The notes beneath the pieces are model-generated. The model searched no databases, was not told the DNA's origin, and worked only from the letters and a program-made list of their open reading frames with translations. Both the position numbers and the translations under genes were made by a program. 64,000 nt of DNA from a virus: the IMG/VR virus record IMGVR_UViG_3300045988_170760, positions 1-64,000 of that record, one strand, 5' to 3'. Of this stretch, positions 49,027 through 59,326 are shown one piece after another (position 1 is the stretch's first letter; every line of letters begins with the position of its first letter).

Positions 49027-49857
49027 GTGAGTTATAATATAAAGAAGATAGCACAAAAATTTATTGCTATCACTTTATGTATGATTATACTGTTGTGTAA
49101 TAGTATGTGGATGTTTAAGTTAAATACTTCTACAACACAAATTTCTTGTATGAACGATATAGAGATAGAACAGATTGATGTTGCTTATATACCAAATAAT
49201 ATCAACGAAAGGCACATAGAAGTAACTTCAAGAAGTGGTTCAAGAAGAGAAAAAATAGAGAAAGTAGAGTATAAAATATATGAATTTAATATAAATAACG
49301 AAACAAAGTTATATTTTGAAGATATAGATAAGGCAGAATTTCAAAAAGATTATTTATTAAGGAATACAGAAGGAGTACTTGTAGAAATTAATGAAGTAAT
49401 ACAAGATAATAAAGATAACTTATCAGATGAATTTAAAATAAATAATACTATTGAAAATTACATTTTAAAATATAAAAAGAAATTAGAATGTTTTCCTACA
49501 ATTTCTCATACAGTGACATCTACTTATGGTAAAAGAGCATCTCGTGGTGACTTTCATACAGGGATAGATTTAGCTGGAAGATATGGTGATAATATTTATG
49601 CATTTAAATCTGGGACGATTGAAAAGGTTCAATATTCAAATGTGAGTTATGGAAATATGGTATTAATTAAACATGCAGATGGAAGTAAAACCAGATATGC
49701 ACATATGAGTTCAATAAATGTTAAAAGGGGACAGAAAGTAGGATGTGGTGAGACTATAGGATATATGGGGTCTACTGGAAATTCTACAGGAGTCCATTTG
49801 CATTTTGAAATAATTATAAATGGGAAAACTGTAAATCCTTATAGTTATATATTTTAA
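49027..49857 (+). CDS. Membrane-anchored M23 (LytM-type) peptidoglycan endopeptidase
   Basis: N-terminal TM helix. Motifs HTGIDLAG (HxxxD) and GNSTGVHLHFEI (HxH). Confidence 0.85.
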   Translation: MSYNIKKIAQKFIAITLCMIILLCNSMWMFKLNTSTTQISCMNDIEIEQIDVAYIPNNINERHIEVTSRSGSRREKIEKVEYKIYEFNINNETKLYFEDIDKAEFQKDYLLRNTEGVLVEINEVIQDNKDNLSDEFKINNTIENYILKYKKKLECFPTISHTVTSTYGKRASRGDFHTGIDLAGRYGDNIYAFKSGTIEKVQYSNVSYGNMVLIKHADGSKTRYAHMSSINVKRGQKVGCGETIGYMGSTGNSTGVHLHFEIIINGKTVNPYSYIF

Positions 49858-49888
49858 TAATAGGTGGAAAAAGTTTTAAACTTTTGCG

Positions 49889-49921
49889 GAGCTATGTTCA
49901 AATGAATATGGCTCTATTTTT
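49889..49921 (+). terminator. Rho-independent terminator after the M23 gene
   Basis: GAGCTAT/ATGGCTC stem (one G-U pair) with a 12-nt loop, followed by TATTTTTAT. Confidence 0.5.
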
Positions 49922-49943
49922 ATATTATAGAAGGGATGATAGA

Positions 49944-51014
49944 ATGGCAAGAAAAGCAGTAAAAAGAACGAAAAAAGCTGTAAAAAAACAGGAAGATGAA
50001 TTAGTTCAATGTGTTTCTTGTGGTAAGTTTAAACTTAAAAAAGATTTTTATATAAGTTATAATGAAATGCATTTGAATGGAGTATTACCTTATTGTAAAA
50101 CTTGCATAAAAAAGATGTGTAATGACAAGTTTAATCAGTTAGATAAAGAAAAAACATTAAGAATGTTAAGAACTATTGATAGACCGTATATACATGCTAT
50201 GTATGAAAAAGCTGTTGCTAAAGGTGGAGCAAATGCAATAGGTACATATTTAAGATTAATTAACTTACAACAATATAGAGATAAAAAATGGATGGATGGA
50301 GATTTAGATATGTTAGATGAAAAATCAGCTAATATAAAACCTCCTCTTACTGAAATAAAAAATGTAGAGCCTATAAAAACAGAGATAGAAAAATTTGAAG
50401 ATTTTGAGGTTACTAACGATATAATTGCTTTGTTTGGAACAGGTTATACAGATGAAGAATATTTTCATATGTGGAATAAATATCAGTTTTTAAGTGCAAA
50501 TTATACTGAACAAACTAATATGCATACAGAAGCATTGGTAACATATGTAAGATATAAAGTAAAAGAAGAAATGGCAGTTGCAGCAGGTAAAGCTACAGAG
50601 GCTAAGACTTGGGGAGAACTAGCCATGAAGCAAGCTGAAAGGGCTAAAATTAATCCTAATCAATTTAGTAAAGCAGACTTACAAGGTGGGTTAACAACGA
50701 TAGGAGAAATAGCTCAAGCAGTAGAACAAAATGTAGATATAATACCAGTATTACCACAATTTAAATTTAGACCAAATGATGCGGTAGACTTTTGTATATG
50801 GTGTTATATTAATTATGCAAGAGACTTAGAAGGTAAACCTCTAGTAGAATATAAGGATGTTTATAAATTTTATGACAGAATGAGAGAAGATTATATAACT
50901 AGTACAGGCGACCCTTATGGAATATTTGATGAAGACCCTACTTTAAATAATAGAGAAAAAGTAAAGCAGTTTATTCAACTTCCTGATGAATATTATGAGG
51001 AAGGTGAAAACTAA
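49944..51014 (+). CDS. Putative terminase small subunit / DNA-binding protein (by position)
   Basis: ORF track 49884-51014; that upstream part spans the terminator. The ATG at 49944 gives MARKAVKRTKK. Basic N-terminus plus a CxxC..CxxC motif. Its stop overlaps the terminase large subunit start. Confidence 0.35.
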   Translation: MARKAVKRTKKAVKKQEDELVQCVSCGKFKLKKDFYISYNEMHLNGVLPYCKTCIKKMCNDKFNQLDKEKTLRMLRTIDRPYIHAMYEKAVAKGGANAIGTYLRLINLQQYRDKKWMDGDLDMLDEKSANIKPPLTEIKNVEPIKTEIEKFEDFEVTNDIIALFGTGYTDEEYFHMWNKYQFLSANYTEQTNMHTEALVTYVRYKVKEEMAVAAGKATEAKTWGELAMKQAERAKINPNQFSKADLQGGLTTIGEIAQAVEQNVDIIPVLPQFKFRPNDAVDFCIWCYINYARDLEGKPLVEYKDVYKFYDRMREDYITSTGDPYGIFDEDPTLNNREKVKQFIQLPDEYYEEGEN

Positions 51015-52825
51015 TGGCATATATTAAAAACTTTGAAACGGAAGCCCACAAACATAGTAGGATGCAGTTTGCACCTAAAAGTGAATATGAAGCATGGGAT
51101 AATCCAACAGTAAAAGTACGTAAAAATGGTAAACAGAGTTTTTTTGAAGAACATATTAAGCAATATACAGAATTAATAAGTTATTTCAGATGGTATCCTG
51201 ATTTATTTTTAGATATGATAAGACCTAAGACAGGTGGGGTAAATTTACATTTTGACCAAAGAGTATTCTTAAGATGCATTTGTAGATTTATTAGTATATA
51301 TGGTGTATTTCCTAGAGGTTGGTCAAAAACATGGTCTGAGGTAGTGTCAATGTTTATAATAGCTGTTTTATATCCAGGAATAACTATGTCGTTAACAGCA
51401 CAAACAAAGGCTAATGCGGCAGAGTTACTTAAGGATAAACATGATGAGATAACAAGACAATATCCTTGGTTCAAGACAGAAATATTAAAAGTAAGAACAG
51501 CAAAAGATGACTGTGAAATATTTTTTGTGAATGGTTCAAGAATAGATGTGTTGGCAAATGCACAAAGTAGTAAGGGACAAAGAAGAAATAGAATACAGAT
51601 AGAAGAAAGTGCCTTAATAGATAATTTCACATTTGAAGATGCTTTAAAGCCTATTGTCGAAATAGGTAGAACAACTCAAGGTAAGATAGGTATATCTGAC
51701 CCACAAGAATTAAATCAACAAATAAATTTCTTTACGACATCAGGATTTAGAGGCAGTGATGAATGGGCTAGAAGTGTTCAAATGTATAAAGATATGACAG
51801 ACTTAAAAGGAGATATTGTTTTAGGTTCAGGTTGGATGCTTGGTTGCTGGATGGGAAGAGGTTCTAATAAGGGGCAAATATTAAAAAAGAAAAGAGATAC
51901 GGGCTCAGTAGCTTTTGCTAGAAACTATGAAGAAAAATGGGTAGGAGCTGTAGATAATCAACTTGTAGATATAAAGAAACTATTGCGAACAAGAACATTA
52001 ACGGAACCTGTTTTAGATAATAAAGATAATAAAAGGGAGATTATCTTAGGTGTAGACGTAGCTCGTTCTGCAAATAACGCTAACAATAAAACTGTAATTA
52101 GTGTGGTAGAAGAGCATCACGTAGACAATGGATTGATAAGGCAATTAGACTTAATTAATATGTTTTTGGTATCAAATCAATTAAATTTTACAGCACAAGC
52201 TTGTTTAGTTAAAAGAGTACAAAAACAATATAATGCAAAAATTGTAGTTGTTGATACAAATGGATTAGGTAGTGGTTTAAGAGATGAATTGTTAAAGCCT
52301 AATATAGATGTTGAAACAGGTGAGACATATAATGCATGGGATGCTGTAAATGGAGAAATAAAGTCTGACTATAGAGATGCAGAACCATTATTGTTTGCTT
52401 TAAATTCACAAAATAAAGATGAAACAAAGAAAGATGGAAGAATAAATAGTTATGCTATTATTAATTTTATAGATTGTGTAGATGGTCAAAAATTAAGATT
52501 ATTAGAAGAAAGAAGAGATAACGGTATAAATTTAGGGGATATAGAAGAAGTTAAAGCTTTTATACCTTTTGAGCAAACAAATGCTCTTGTAGATGAAATA
52601 TCTAATTTAAAATTAAAACATTTAACTAATGGAGAGGTAACAGTAGAGAAAGTTTTAAATAAAATAGATAAAGATAGATTTTCAAGTTTAATGTATGCAT
52701 TATGGTGGGCAATGACTTATGATAATGCATTAAAAACAGATAACAAAGATTTGGTTATGACAATAGCGAAAATGAACGGTCTCGGAAGCAGAAGAGGAAG
52801 TTCATTGAATAATTTATTTAAATAA
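51014..52825 (+). CDS. terL: Terminase large subunit
   Basis: Walker A-like FPRGWSKTW, Walker B-like RIQIEES, and nuclease-domain GVDVARS...VVDTNGLG. 603 aa, upstream of the portal-sized gene. Confidence 0.8.
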   Translation: MAYIKNFETEAHKHSRMQFAPKSEYEAWDNPTVKVRKNGKQSFFEEHIKQYTELISYFRWYPDLFLDMIRPKTGGVNLHFDQRVFLRCICRFISIYGVFPRGWSKTWSEVVSMFIIAVLYPGITMSLTAQTKANAAELLKDKHDEITRQYPWFKTEILKVRTAKDDCEIFFVNGSRIDVLANAQSSKGQRRNRIQIEESALIDNFTFEDALKPIVEIGRTTQGKIGISDPQELNQQINFFTTSGFRGSDEWARSVQMYKDMTDLKGDIVLGSGWMLGCWMGRGSNKGQILKKKRDTGSVAFARNYEEKWVGAVDNQLVDIKKLLRTRTLTEPVLDNKDNKREIILGVDVARSANNANNKTVISVVEEHHVDNGLIRQLDLINMFLVSNQLNFTAQACLVKRVQKQYNAKIVVVDTNGLGSGLRDELLKPNIDVETGETYNAWDAVNGEIKSDYRDAEPLLFALNSQNKDETKKDGRINSYAIINFIDCVDGQKLRLLEERRDNGINLGDIEEVKAFIPFEQTNALVDEISNLKLKHLTNGEVTVEKVLNKIDKDRFSSLMYALWWAMTYDNALKTDNKDLVMTIAKMNGLGSRRGSSLNNLFK

Positions 52826-52840
52826 TTGGGGGTGTATTAA

Positions 52841-54442
52841 GTGAGTAATAACAAATCTAAAAGAAAAGGAAACACAAAGCCTCAAAATACAGTTAGAATG
52901 GCAACCCCAGAACAAGTGGAAACATTAGAAAAATTTGTAAAAACATATTCTGCTGACTTAGCAAAGAAGTTACAGGAATTAGACTTAATTACTAAAATTG
53001 CAAGTAATAAAGGTCAATATAATCCAATTTTATCTGAGCAATATCTTAATGATATAACTTTTAATCCTCAGAAGGCAAGTTCTCATGAGATTGAAAGATG
53101 GCTAATGGCTCCACAATATAATGATATGAATATTAGGCATTTAAGTCAATATTTAGAGACTGCTGTTGGTCAGTATGGAAGGGCAATTTGGTTCTTAAAT
53201 ACTGAGAAATCTTTTAACTATCTATTAACTCCAGCAGATGCAAATAATAGTGATTATATAGATAAAAAAGAGTACATGAATAGTTATGTAACAGCATTAA
53301 ATACTTTAAGAAAGATGAATATCAAATATCAATTCCCAAAAATGGATTTACAGGTTATGGAAGATGGCGTTGGATTTTATTTTATTCAAGAGACTGATGA
53401 TACAATTACATTTTTACAACTGCCAACTGATTATTGTTATATTACTGCACCTTGGACATATGGATGGTTATTTGCTATAGATTTAACATTTTTTGATAGA
53501 ATGGTAGGAATGCCTGATATATTACCAGAATTAACAGCGGCTTATAAACAATTTGTAGAAAAAAGAAAAGAAGGATATACTGGAGAGAAGTTAGCTCCAT
53601 TTCAATATTATAATTTGCCACCAGAAAAATCTTTTTGTTTAACATTTAATCCTAATAGGGCTTATAAGATACCACCTTTAACAGGTGCAATGGGGGCATC
53701 TTTGGACGTATTAAGTTATAGAGATTTATTAAAAAAGAAATCAGTATTAGATTTATGGAAATTAATTGCAATGAAAATACCAATTGATAAAAATACTAAT
53801 AAAATGCAAATTCCATATGATGAAGCAGCAGAATTAATTAGTATGATAAAAGAACAAATGCCAGAGAATATAGTGGCTTTTGCTACACCATTTGAGGCTC
53901 AAGAGGTTGCAGCAAATCAAGTCAATACAATGGATAAATTAGTAGATTTAGGAGATAACAATGTATTTAGTGCTTTGGGTATGGGGTCAGCAATGTTTGG
54001 TAAAGACAATAAAAATGCTGGTCAATTAAAAATATCTTCACAAATATCATTTGACTTCTCTGCTACTCATATGTATTCTCAATTTGCAAATTTAGCAAAT
54101 TGGATAATTATGCAAAAAACAAAAACATTTAAATGGAAGGTTTCTTTCTTTGGCAATAAATTGGACAAAGATAAGGAAATAGATAATGCTATAAAATTAG
54201 TTACAACTTCAAATTATCCTGTGGAATATTTAATGGCAAACACTGGATTTGAACCTTTTGAAGTCCAAAGTTTTGTTAACTGGGCTAACAAATTAGATTT
54301 GAAATCAAAAATGAAACCTTTACAATCAATGAATACAATGTCAAACAAGCCAGGTAGTGAAGGCGGGAGACCACAAAAAGATGTTGGAGACATGCAAGAT
54401 AGTGGTGAAAAAAGCAGAGAATATAAGGATAATAGAGGGTAG
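52841..54442 (+). CDS. Portal protein (putative)
   Basis: 533 aa, immediately after terL, with an acidic or disordered C-terminus. Called by position and size. Confidence 0.55.
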   Translation: MSNNKSKRKGNTKPQNTVRMATPEQVETLEKFVKTYSADLAKKLQELDLITKIASNKGQYNPILSEQYLNDITFNPQKASSHEIERWLMAPQYNDMNIRHLSQYLETAVGQYGRAIWFLNTEKSFNYLLTPADANNSDYIDKKEYMNSYVTALNTLRKMNIKYQFPKMDLQVMEDGVGFYFIQETDDTITFLQLPTDYCYITAPWTYGWLFAIDLTFFDRMVGMPDILPELTAAYKQFVEKRKEGYTGEKLAPFQYYNLPPEKSFCLTFNPNRAYKIPPLTGAMGASLDVLSYRDLLKKKSVLDLWKLIAMKIPIDKNTNKMQIPYDEAAELISMIKEQMPENIVAFATPFEAQEVAANQVNTMDKLVDLGDNNVFSALGMGSAMFGKDNKNAGQLKISSQISFDFSATHMYSQFANLANWIIMQKTKTFKWKVSFFGNKLDKDKEIDNAIKLVTTSNYPVEYLMANTGFEPFEVQSFVNWANKLDLKSKMKPLQSMNTMSNKPGSEGGRPQKDVGDMQDSGEKSREYKDNRG

Positions 54443-54451
54443 GTGAAATAA

Positions 54452-54676
54452 GTGTTTATAGATAATATGAATGAACTAGATAATGTAAAAAAATACATTT
54501 GCGGTTCTCCTAATCTTTGTAAATTTTTAGAACAACATGGATTAAAACCAAGTTATTCTTATAAATTAAGTAAAGAAAGACAAAATCGTACAATGTGGGT
54601 ATTTATTATGACACCAGAATTATCATCATTATTGACAGAATGGTCAAATAATAAACCTAGCAATAAAATTATATAA
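54452..54676 (+). CDS. hypothetical protein
   Basis: ORF track; GTG start after AGGTGA. Confidence 0.4.
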   Translation: MFIDNMNELDNVKKYICGSPNLCKFLEQHGLKPSYSYKLSKERQNRTMWVFIMTPELSSLLTEWSNNKPSNKII

Positions 54677-54694
54677 GGGTGGTGAAATAATAAA

Positions 54695-55243
54695 ATGTTA
54701 ATATCAGATGAAACCCAAGAAAAGTTAAATTTATTAATTCAGAGATTTTTCCAACACAACAGAAGTTGGGATAATTTTTTAGGATATTCTAATGTAGAGT
54801 GGGCATTTAATCATTTTAATGAAGTATTCCATCATGGATTAGCACATTTGTACCCACTATTAGCAGATGTGGTTGCAGATATAGAATTAAGATATAATAT
54901 AGTTCCTAAATATTATGAAACAAAAAGAGATACAAGAGTATATGGTTCTATGTTGGAGTTTTTCAATATTAATATTAACGAACATACTGAGACATATGAA
55001 TTAATTAAGTCTGCAATTGATACAGCAACTGTAAATGGAGATTTAAATGTTGAAGCTGATTTAAAAGCTTTATTAAGAAGATTTAATCACTTTATGGAAC
55101 AAGCTATTACTTTAAGAGATAAGGCTCAAATTTACGGAGAAGACCATAAGGCTTTATTTGATGGATTTGCTGACCAGTTCTATGTATTACAACAAGAATA
55201 TGATGATTTAACAGATGATGATAAAGAGGAAGATGATGACTAA
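54695..55243 (+). CDS. hypothetical head-module protein (acidic tail)
   Basis: ORF track; GGTGGTGA SD upstream. Confidence 0.45.
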   Translation: MLISDETQEKLNLLIQRFFQHNRSWDNFLGYSNVEWAFNHFNEVFHHGLAHLYPLLADVVADIELRYNIVPKYYETKRDTRVYGSMLEFFNININEHTETYELIKSAIDTATVNGDLNVEADLKALLRRFNHFMEQAITLRDKAQIYGEDHKALFDGFADQFYVLQQEYDDLTDDDKEEDDD

Positions 55244-55263
55244 AATAGAAAGGAGCATAAAAG

Positions 55264-57474
55264 ATGAGTGAACAAACAGTTAATTTGCAATTTAGCTTAA
55301 ATTCTGATAATTTTAGATTATTAGAAAATGATGGCTATTGTAGTATTGCAGAAGTAGATTTTTTACACTTAGGTGTAAATAGGAATAAATGTAATATTAC
55401 AAAAGAATGTGTGCAAAAATCTTTACAGTCTTTTTATAATAAGCCTTTATTATGTATTTTAGATAATTCATTTGATGCATCTTTATCAGTAGATTTTAAA
55501 GAACATGCTCGTTCTGAAAATGAAAAGAAAAAATTTATAGCTTTTGGAACAATTCCTGAAAGCTCTACTTTTAGATTTTTAGAAAGAGATAACGACAAAA
55601 CCTATTTAAGTGCAAAAGTAGTAATTTGGAAAAATTATTTCCCAGTAATTATGAATATTTTAAAAAGAAGAGGAGATGTAAAGGTTAGTATTGAATTAGC
55701 AGTTATTGATGGAGTACAAGATGAAAATACTGGTATATTAGATATTAATGAATTCAGATTATTAAGTTGTGTCTTATTGGGTGAAGGAATAATGGAAGGT
55801 ATTGAAGGAAGCCATTTAGAAGTACTTAGATTTGCTTATGACCAAGATGATGTAAAAAAAGCAAATGAATATTATTTAACTTTTTCTCAAAACAATATGA
55901 AATATGAAGTGCCAGAAGAAGTACAAAATGCAGTACAAGAAGGTCTTAAATCATATAAAAGTATTGGAAAGGGATGTACAACTCAAGAGGTTGCAATGGC
56001 TAAAGGTTTAGCCAATGAAACATATATAGATAAAAATAAAGTTAATAAAATTAGCCAAAAACTTTTAAACTCAAAAGATAAAAATAAAAGTTTAACTTTT
56101 GAAATATTGGGTGGAGAAGTTATGGAAAGTTGGATTAACAATTTAAAAGAAGAAAGAGTGGGTGATAGTCAGTTGAAAAGTCTAAGTAATAATGAACTTC
56201 AAGAACAATTATGGAAAGACTTAGAAAAGTACAAGTACCATGATGGAGAATGGGAAGGCAGAAAATATTATGTAGAAGAAATTTATAGTGATGAAAAGGT
56301 TGCTATAATTAGAGATAATGAAACTGCTAAATATTATAAAGTTCCTTATGAAGTAAAAGATGGTAAAGTTACTGTTTTAATGGATGATAAAAAAAATGTT
56401 CATAGAACTTATGAGGAAACTAGTGAAGAAAAAACATTCTCAGAATTCACTTCAGTTGTTTTTGCTAAAAAAGATTACGGAACAGGAGAAGCCATCACTG
56501 TTGATAAATCTAAAGAAGCATTATCAGAAAGTAGCTGGGGGTCAGTTAATAAAACAGAATTAAGAAAAAAGGTTTTAGAAGCTAAAAATTATAAATCTTT
56601 AGTTAAGGATGTTTATGCAGATGTCCAAGAAGGATGGGAGGAAGCTCCAAGTTCTAAGCTTAAATATCCAATTATGGAAATTAAAGATGGTAAAGCTGTT
56701 TATAACAGATATGGTTTAGCGAGTGCCTTAGCCTATGCTGAAAAAAATGGAGAAACAGCTGTTGTTAATAAGGTGAAAAGTTTATATAAAAAACTTGACA
56801 TAGATAAAAATGATGAAGGTGGTGAAAAAAAGATGGCAAAGGAATTAGATAAAGACAAAAAAGAAGAAGTAGTTGAAAACAAATTAGACAAAGACAATAA
56901 AGACATTGAAAAAATCAGAGATGATGCTGATGCACAAGAAGATGATGTAAAAGAAAAAGAAAAAAAAGAAGTAAAAAATTCTGATAAATGTGATGATATT
57001 GGATTTGCTAAAGATGACGTTAAGAAAAACAAAATCGAAAAAGATGACGAAGGTGAAGAAGACTTAGAAGATGATGTTGATGCTGACAAAGACTACTGGA
57101 AGAAAAAAGCTAATGCTTTAGAAATCAAAAACGCTGAAATCGAAAATGAATTAAAGAAATACAAAAGAGCAGAAGAAGAAAGAGAAATGGCAGCAGAAGT
57201 AGATAAATTCGCACATTGTATGTCAGAAGACGAAGCAAAAGAACTAAAAAATGCAATTAAAGAATGCACTATGGCAGAAATGAAAGAAAAAATTAATGCT
57301 AAAGTTGCAGAATTTGCATTAAAAGTAAAAAATGCTGAAGAAGCAAAAAAAGAAATTCAATATTCAGTTAATCCAATGTTTGAATTAAACACATTAAAAT
57401 TTTCAAAAAGCGAAATTAATAGCTTAGATGATATTATTTCAAATAGCCATGCAAGTATTGCAGGTAAAAAATAA
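55264..57474 (+). CDS. Large head-morphogenesis protein with scaffold-like charged coiled-coil C-terminal half (possible protease/scaffold fusion)
   Basis: 736 aa. Residues ~520-700 are K/E/D-rich coiled coil. Located between the portal and capsid genes. No catalytic motif verified. Confidence 0.35.
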   Translation: MSEQTVNLQFSLNSDNFRLLENDGYCSIAEVDFLHLGVNRNKCNITKECVQKSLQSFYNKPLLCILDNSFDASLSVDFKEHARSENEKKKFIAFGTIPESSTFRFLERDNDKTYLSAKVVIWKNYFPVIMNILKRRGDVKVSIELAVIDGVQDENTGILDINEFRLLSCVLLGEGIMEGIEGSHLEVLRFAYDQDDVKKANEYYLTFSQNNMKYEVPEEVQNAVQEGLKSYKSIGKGCTTQEVAMAKGLANETYIDKNKVNKISQKLLNSKDKNKSLTFEILGGEVMESWINNLKEERVGDSQLKSLSNNELQEQLWKDLEKYKYHDGEWEGRKYYVEEIYSDEKVAIIRDNETAKYYKVPYEVKDGKVTVLMDDKKNVHRTYEETSEEKTFSEFTSVVFAKKDYGTGEAITVDKSKEALSESSWGSVNKTELRKKVLEAKNYKSLVKDVYADVQEGWEEAPSSKLKYPIMEIKDGKAVYNRYGLASALAYAEKNGETAVVNKVKSLYKKLDIDKNDEGGEKKMAKELDKDKKEEVVENKLDKDNKDIEKIRDDADAQEDDVKEKEKKEVKNSDKCDDIGFAKDDVKKNKIEKDDEGEEDLEDDVDADKDYWKKKANALEIKNAEIENELKKYKRAEEEREMAAEVDKFAHCMSEDEAKELKNAIKECTMAEMKEKINAKVAEFALKVKNAEEAKKEIQYSVNPMFELNTLKFSKSEINSLDDIISNSHASIAGKK

Positions 57475-57494
57475 GAAAAGGAGTGAAATAAATT

Positions 57495-58064
57495 ATGGCA
57501 AAACACTATATTGCAAGAACAGTTACAGAAAATCCAGGATATATGCAAGCAAAAATTAGAGTTCCAGCAGATGTTACTTTACATGCAGGTCAAGTAGTAG
57601 TAGCTGAAACTTTAGATGCAGCATTAGGATATGGAAATTGGGATGTTTATGCACCAACACAAGTTGCAAATGCTACAAAAGAAAGCATTGCAGTTATTTT
57701 AGATGGAGGATTTGAAACATTAGCAGATGGAAGAAGACCAGATGGTAATGCAGATTATACTCAATACTTATTTAATGAAGGAGATGTTGTTACTGCTCAT
57801 AGATTATTACCAGAAGTAAGATTTGAAATATCAGAAGATGCATGTGATAATACAGTAACAGCAGCTACAGTTGTACCAGGAGATAATTTAATTCCAAAGA
57901 ATGGTCAATATGAATTAACATATTCAGCTAAAGGTACAGCAGTTACAGCTAAAAACTATTTAACAGTTGAAGCAACAAAATATTTCAGATTAGGTGGTAT
58001 GTCTGGAGCAGATTTTGCTCAAACAATGGTTGTTAGAGCTAAAGCTACAGATGCTACAGCGTAA
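57495..58064 (+). CDS. Capsid-associated protein (decoration or scaffold, putative)
   Basis: Directly precedes the capsid-sized gene. Ala/Thr/Gly-rich, with a shift to GCT/GCA/ACA/GGT codons typical of highly expressed virion genes. Confidence 0.35.
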   Translation: MAKHYIARTVTENPGYMQAKIRVPADVTLHAGQVVVAETLDAALGYGNWDVYAPTQVANATKESIAVILDGGFETLADGRRPDGNADYTQYLFNEGDVVTAHRLLPEVRFEISEDACDNTVTAATVVPGDNLIPKNGQYELTYSAKGTAVTAKNYLTVEATKYFRLGGMSGADFAQTMVVRAKATDATA

Positions 58065-58081
58065 GGAGAGGTGAAAAATAG

Positions 58082-59227
58082 ATGAAAGAATTAGAAATTA
58101 TTAGAACTTTTTCATCAAAAGATGATGAAGTAAAAGTAATTAAAGAAAACTTAGAAAAAGTTTGTAAATATGCTATGTATCATGACGGAGCATTAAGTAG
58201 AATTGCAGACAAGAGTTTTGCTTTAGTTGATAAAGAAATTGATAACTATAATGATTTAAATGAAAAAGCTAAAATTGCTTTATTATCATTCTGTGCAGAT
58301 AAAGCAGGAATTAGTGAAATTAAAACTAATGCTGATGTAATTAGAGCATTCAACAATAGCACATTTGCAACAATTTACAATTCTATTATTGTTGATGTAT
58401 TAGAAAGCATTATCTTAAAAAGCAGACCTGAACAAATTTTCAGATTAGCAAATGTTGATGAAGTTGATGTTGGAGATAGTAAAACTTATGAAATTGAAAC
58501 AAAAGGATTACCAATTGCTCAAAGAACTTCATATACAACAAACGTAACATTCTTAGATAGTTATTCAAGAATGAGCTTAACAATTACACCAAAACCATAT
58601 AGTATTGGTACAACAATGGATTATATTAGAATTTTAGCTAATAACTATGATATGGGTAAAGAATTAGCTAGAGTTGCATTTGCATTATTATATGCACAAT
58701 TAAGATTAATCGTTGATGAAATTTATTCAATCACACCAATTAACGGAACTCCATTCTATCAAAATGCATGGAATAGTGCAAACTATATCCAAATGATTGA
58801 AGATTTAAAAATGTTAAATGGTGGAGCAGATGTTACAGCTTATGGAACATTACCAGCATTTAATAAAATTGGAGTTTTAGCTACTACTAACTATGGTTTC
58901 CAAAGCCAAGATGAAATGATTAGAGAAGGTTTCTTAGGAAGAGCTTATGGAGTAGACAACGTTGTAATTGACCAATTCACAGATTTAAGTCAACCATTTA
59001 CAACAGCTACTGCTGCTACATTAAGAGCAATTCCTAATGATAGAATTATCTTATTATCTAGTGTTGGTGACAAACCAGTTAAATTAGTAAGAGAAAACTT
59101 TGTTCACGTTAAAGTAAAAGAACCAACAGAAGGTTCACAATACAGACAAAACTATGAATATTTCATGAGTTTTGATGCTGCTATTGCAACACAAGCTAAC
59201 TATGGTATTCAATCTGTAAATGACTAA
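58082..59227 (+). CDS. Major capsid protein (putative)
   Basis: 381 aa with the same expression-biased codon usage. A strong terminator follows. Canonical position after the scaffold-like genes. Confidence 0.55.
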   Translation: MKELEIIRTFSSKDDEVKVIKENLEKVCKYAMYHDGALSRIADKSFALVDKEIDNYNDLNEKAKIALLSFCADKAGISEIKTNADVIRAFNNSTFATIYNSIIVDVLESIILKSRPEQIFRLANVDEVDVGDSKTYEIETKGLPIAQRTSYTTNVTFLDSYSRMSLTITPKPYSIGTTMDYIRILANNYDMGKELARVAFALLYAQLRLIVDEIYSITPINGTPFYQNAWNSANYIQMIEDLKMLNGGADVTAYGTLPAFNKIGVLATTNYGFQSQDEMIREGFLGRAYGVDNVVIDQFTDLSQPFTTATAATLRAIPNDRIILLSSVGDKPVKLVRENFVHVKVKEPTEGSQYRQNYEYFMSFDAAIATQANYGIQSVND

Positions 59228-59231
59228 TTAG

Positions 59232-59257
59232 AATGGGATAGATTTCTATCCCATTTT
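59232..59257 (+). terminator. Rho-independent terminator after the capsid gene
   Basis: Perfect 10-bp stem AATGGGATAG/CTATCCCATT with loop ATTT, followed by TT. Confidence 0.6.
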
Positions 59258-59258
59258 A

Positions 59259-59287
59259 ATTATAATATATTTTAGGATGAAAGTCAA
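59259..59287 (-). promoter_or_regulatory. Leftward (antisense) sigma-A type promoter TTGACT-N17-TATAAT inside the late module
   Basis: Reverse complement: TTGACT (59287-59282), 17-nt spacer, TATAAT (59264-59259). It shares TTGACTTTCATC with the promoter at 16035-16063. Confidence 0.5.
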
Positions 59288-59326
59288 TAGTTTATATTAT
59301 AGATTATTATGGAAGGAGCTATGAAA

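Noticed and set aside
57495-59227. Locally higher GC and different codon usage considered as horizontally acquired DNA
   Set aside because: The shift coincides with the most highly expressed virion genes and affects synonymous codon choice (GCT/GCA/GGT/ACA). This is expected from expression-linked codon bias rather than foreign origin.
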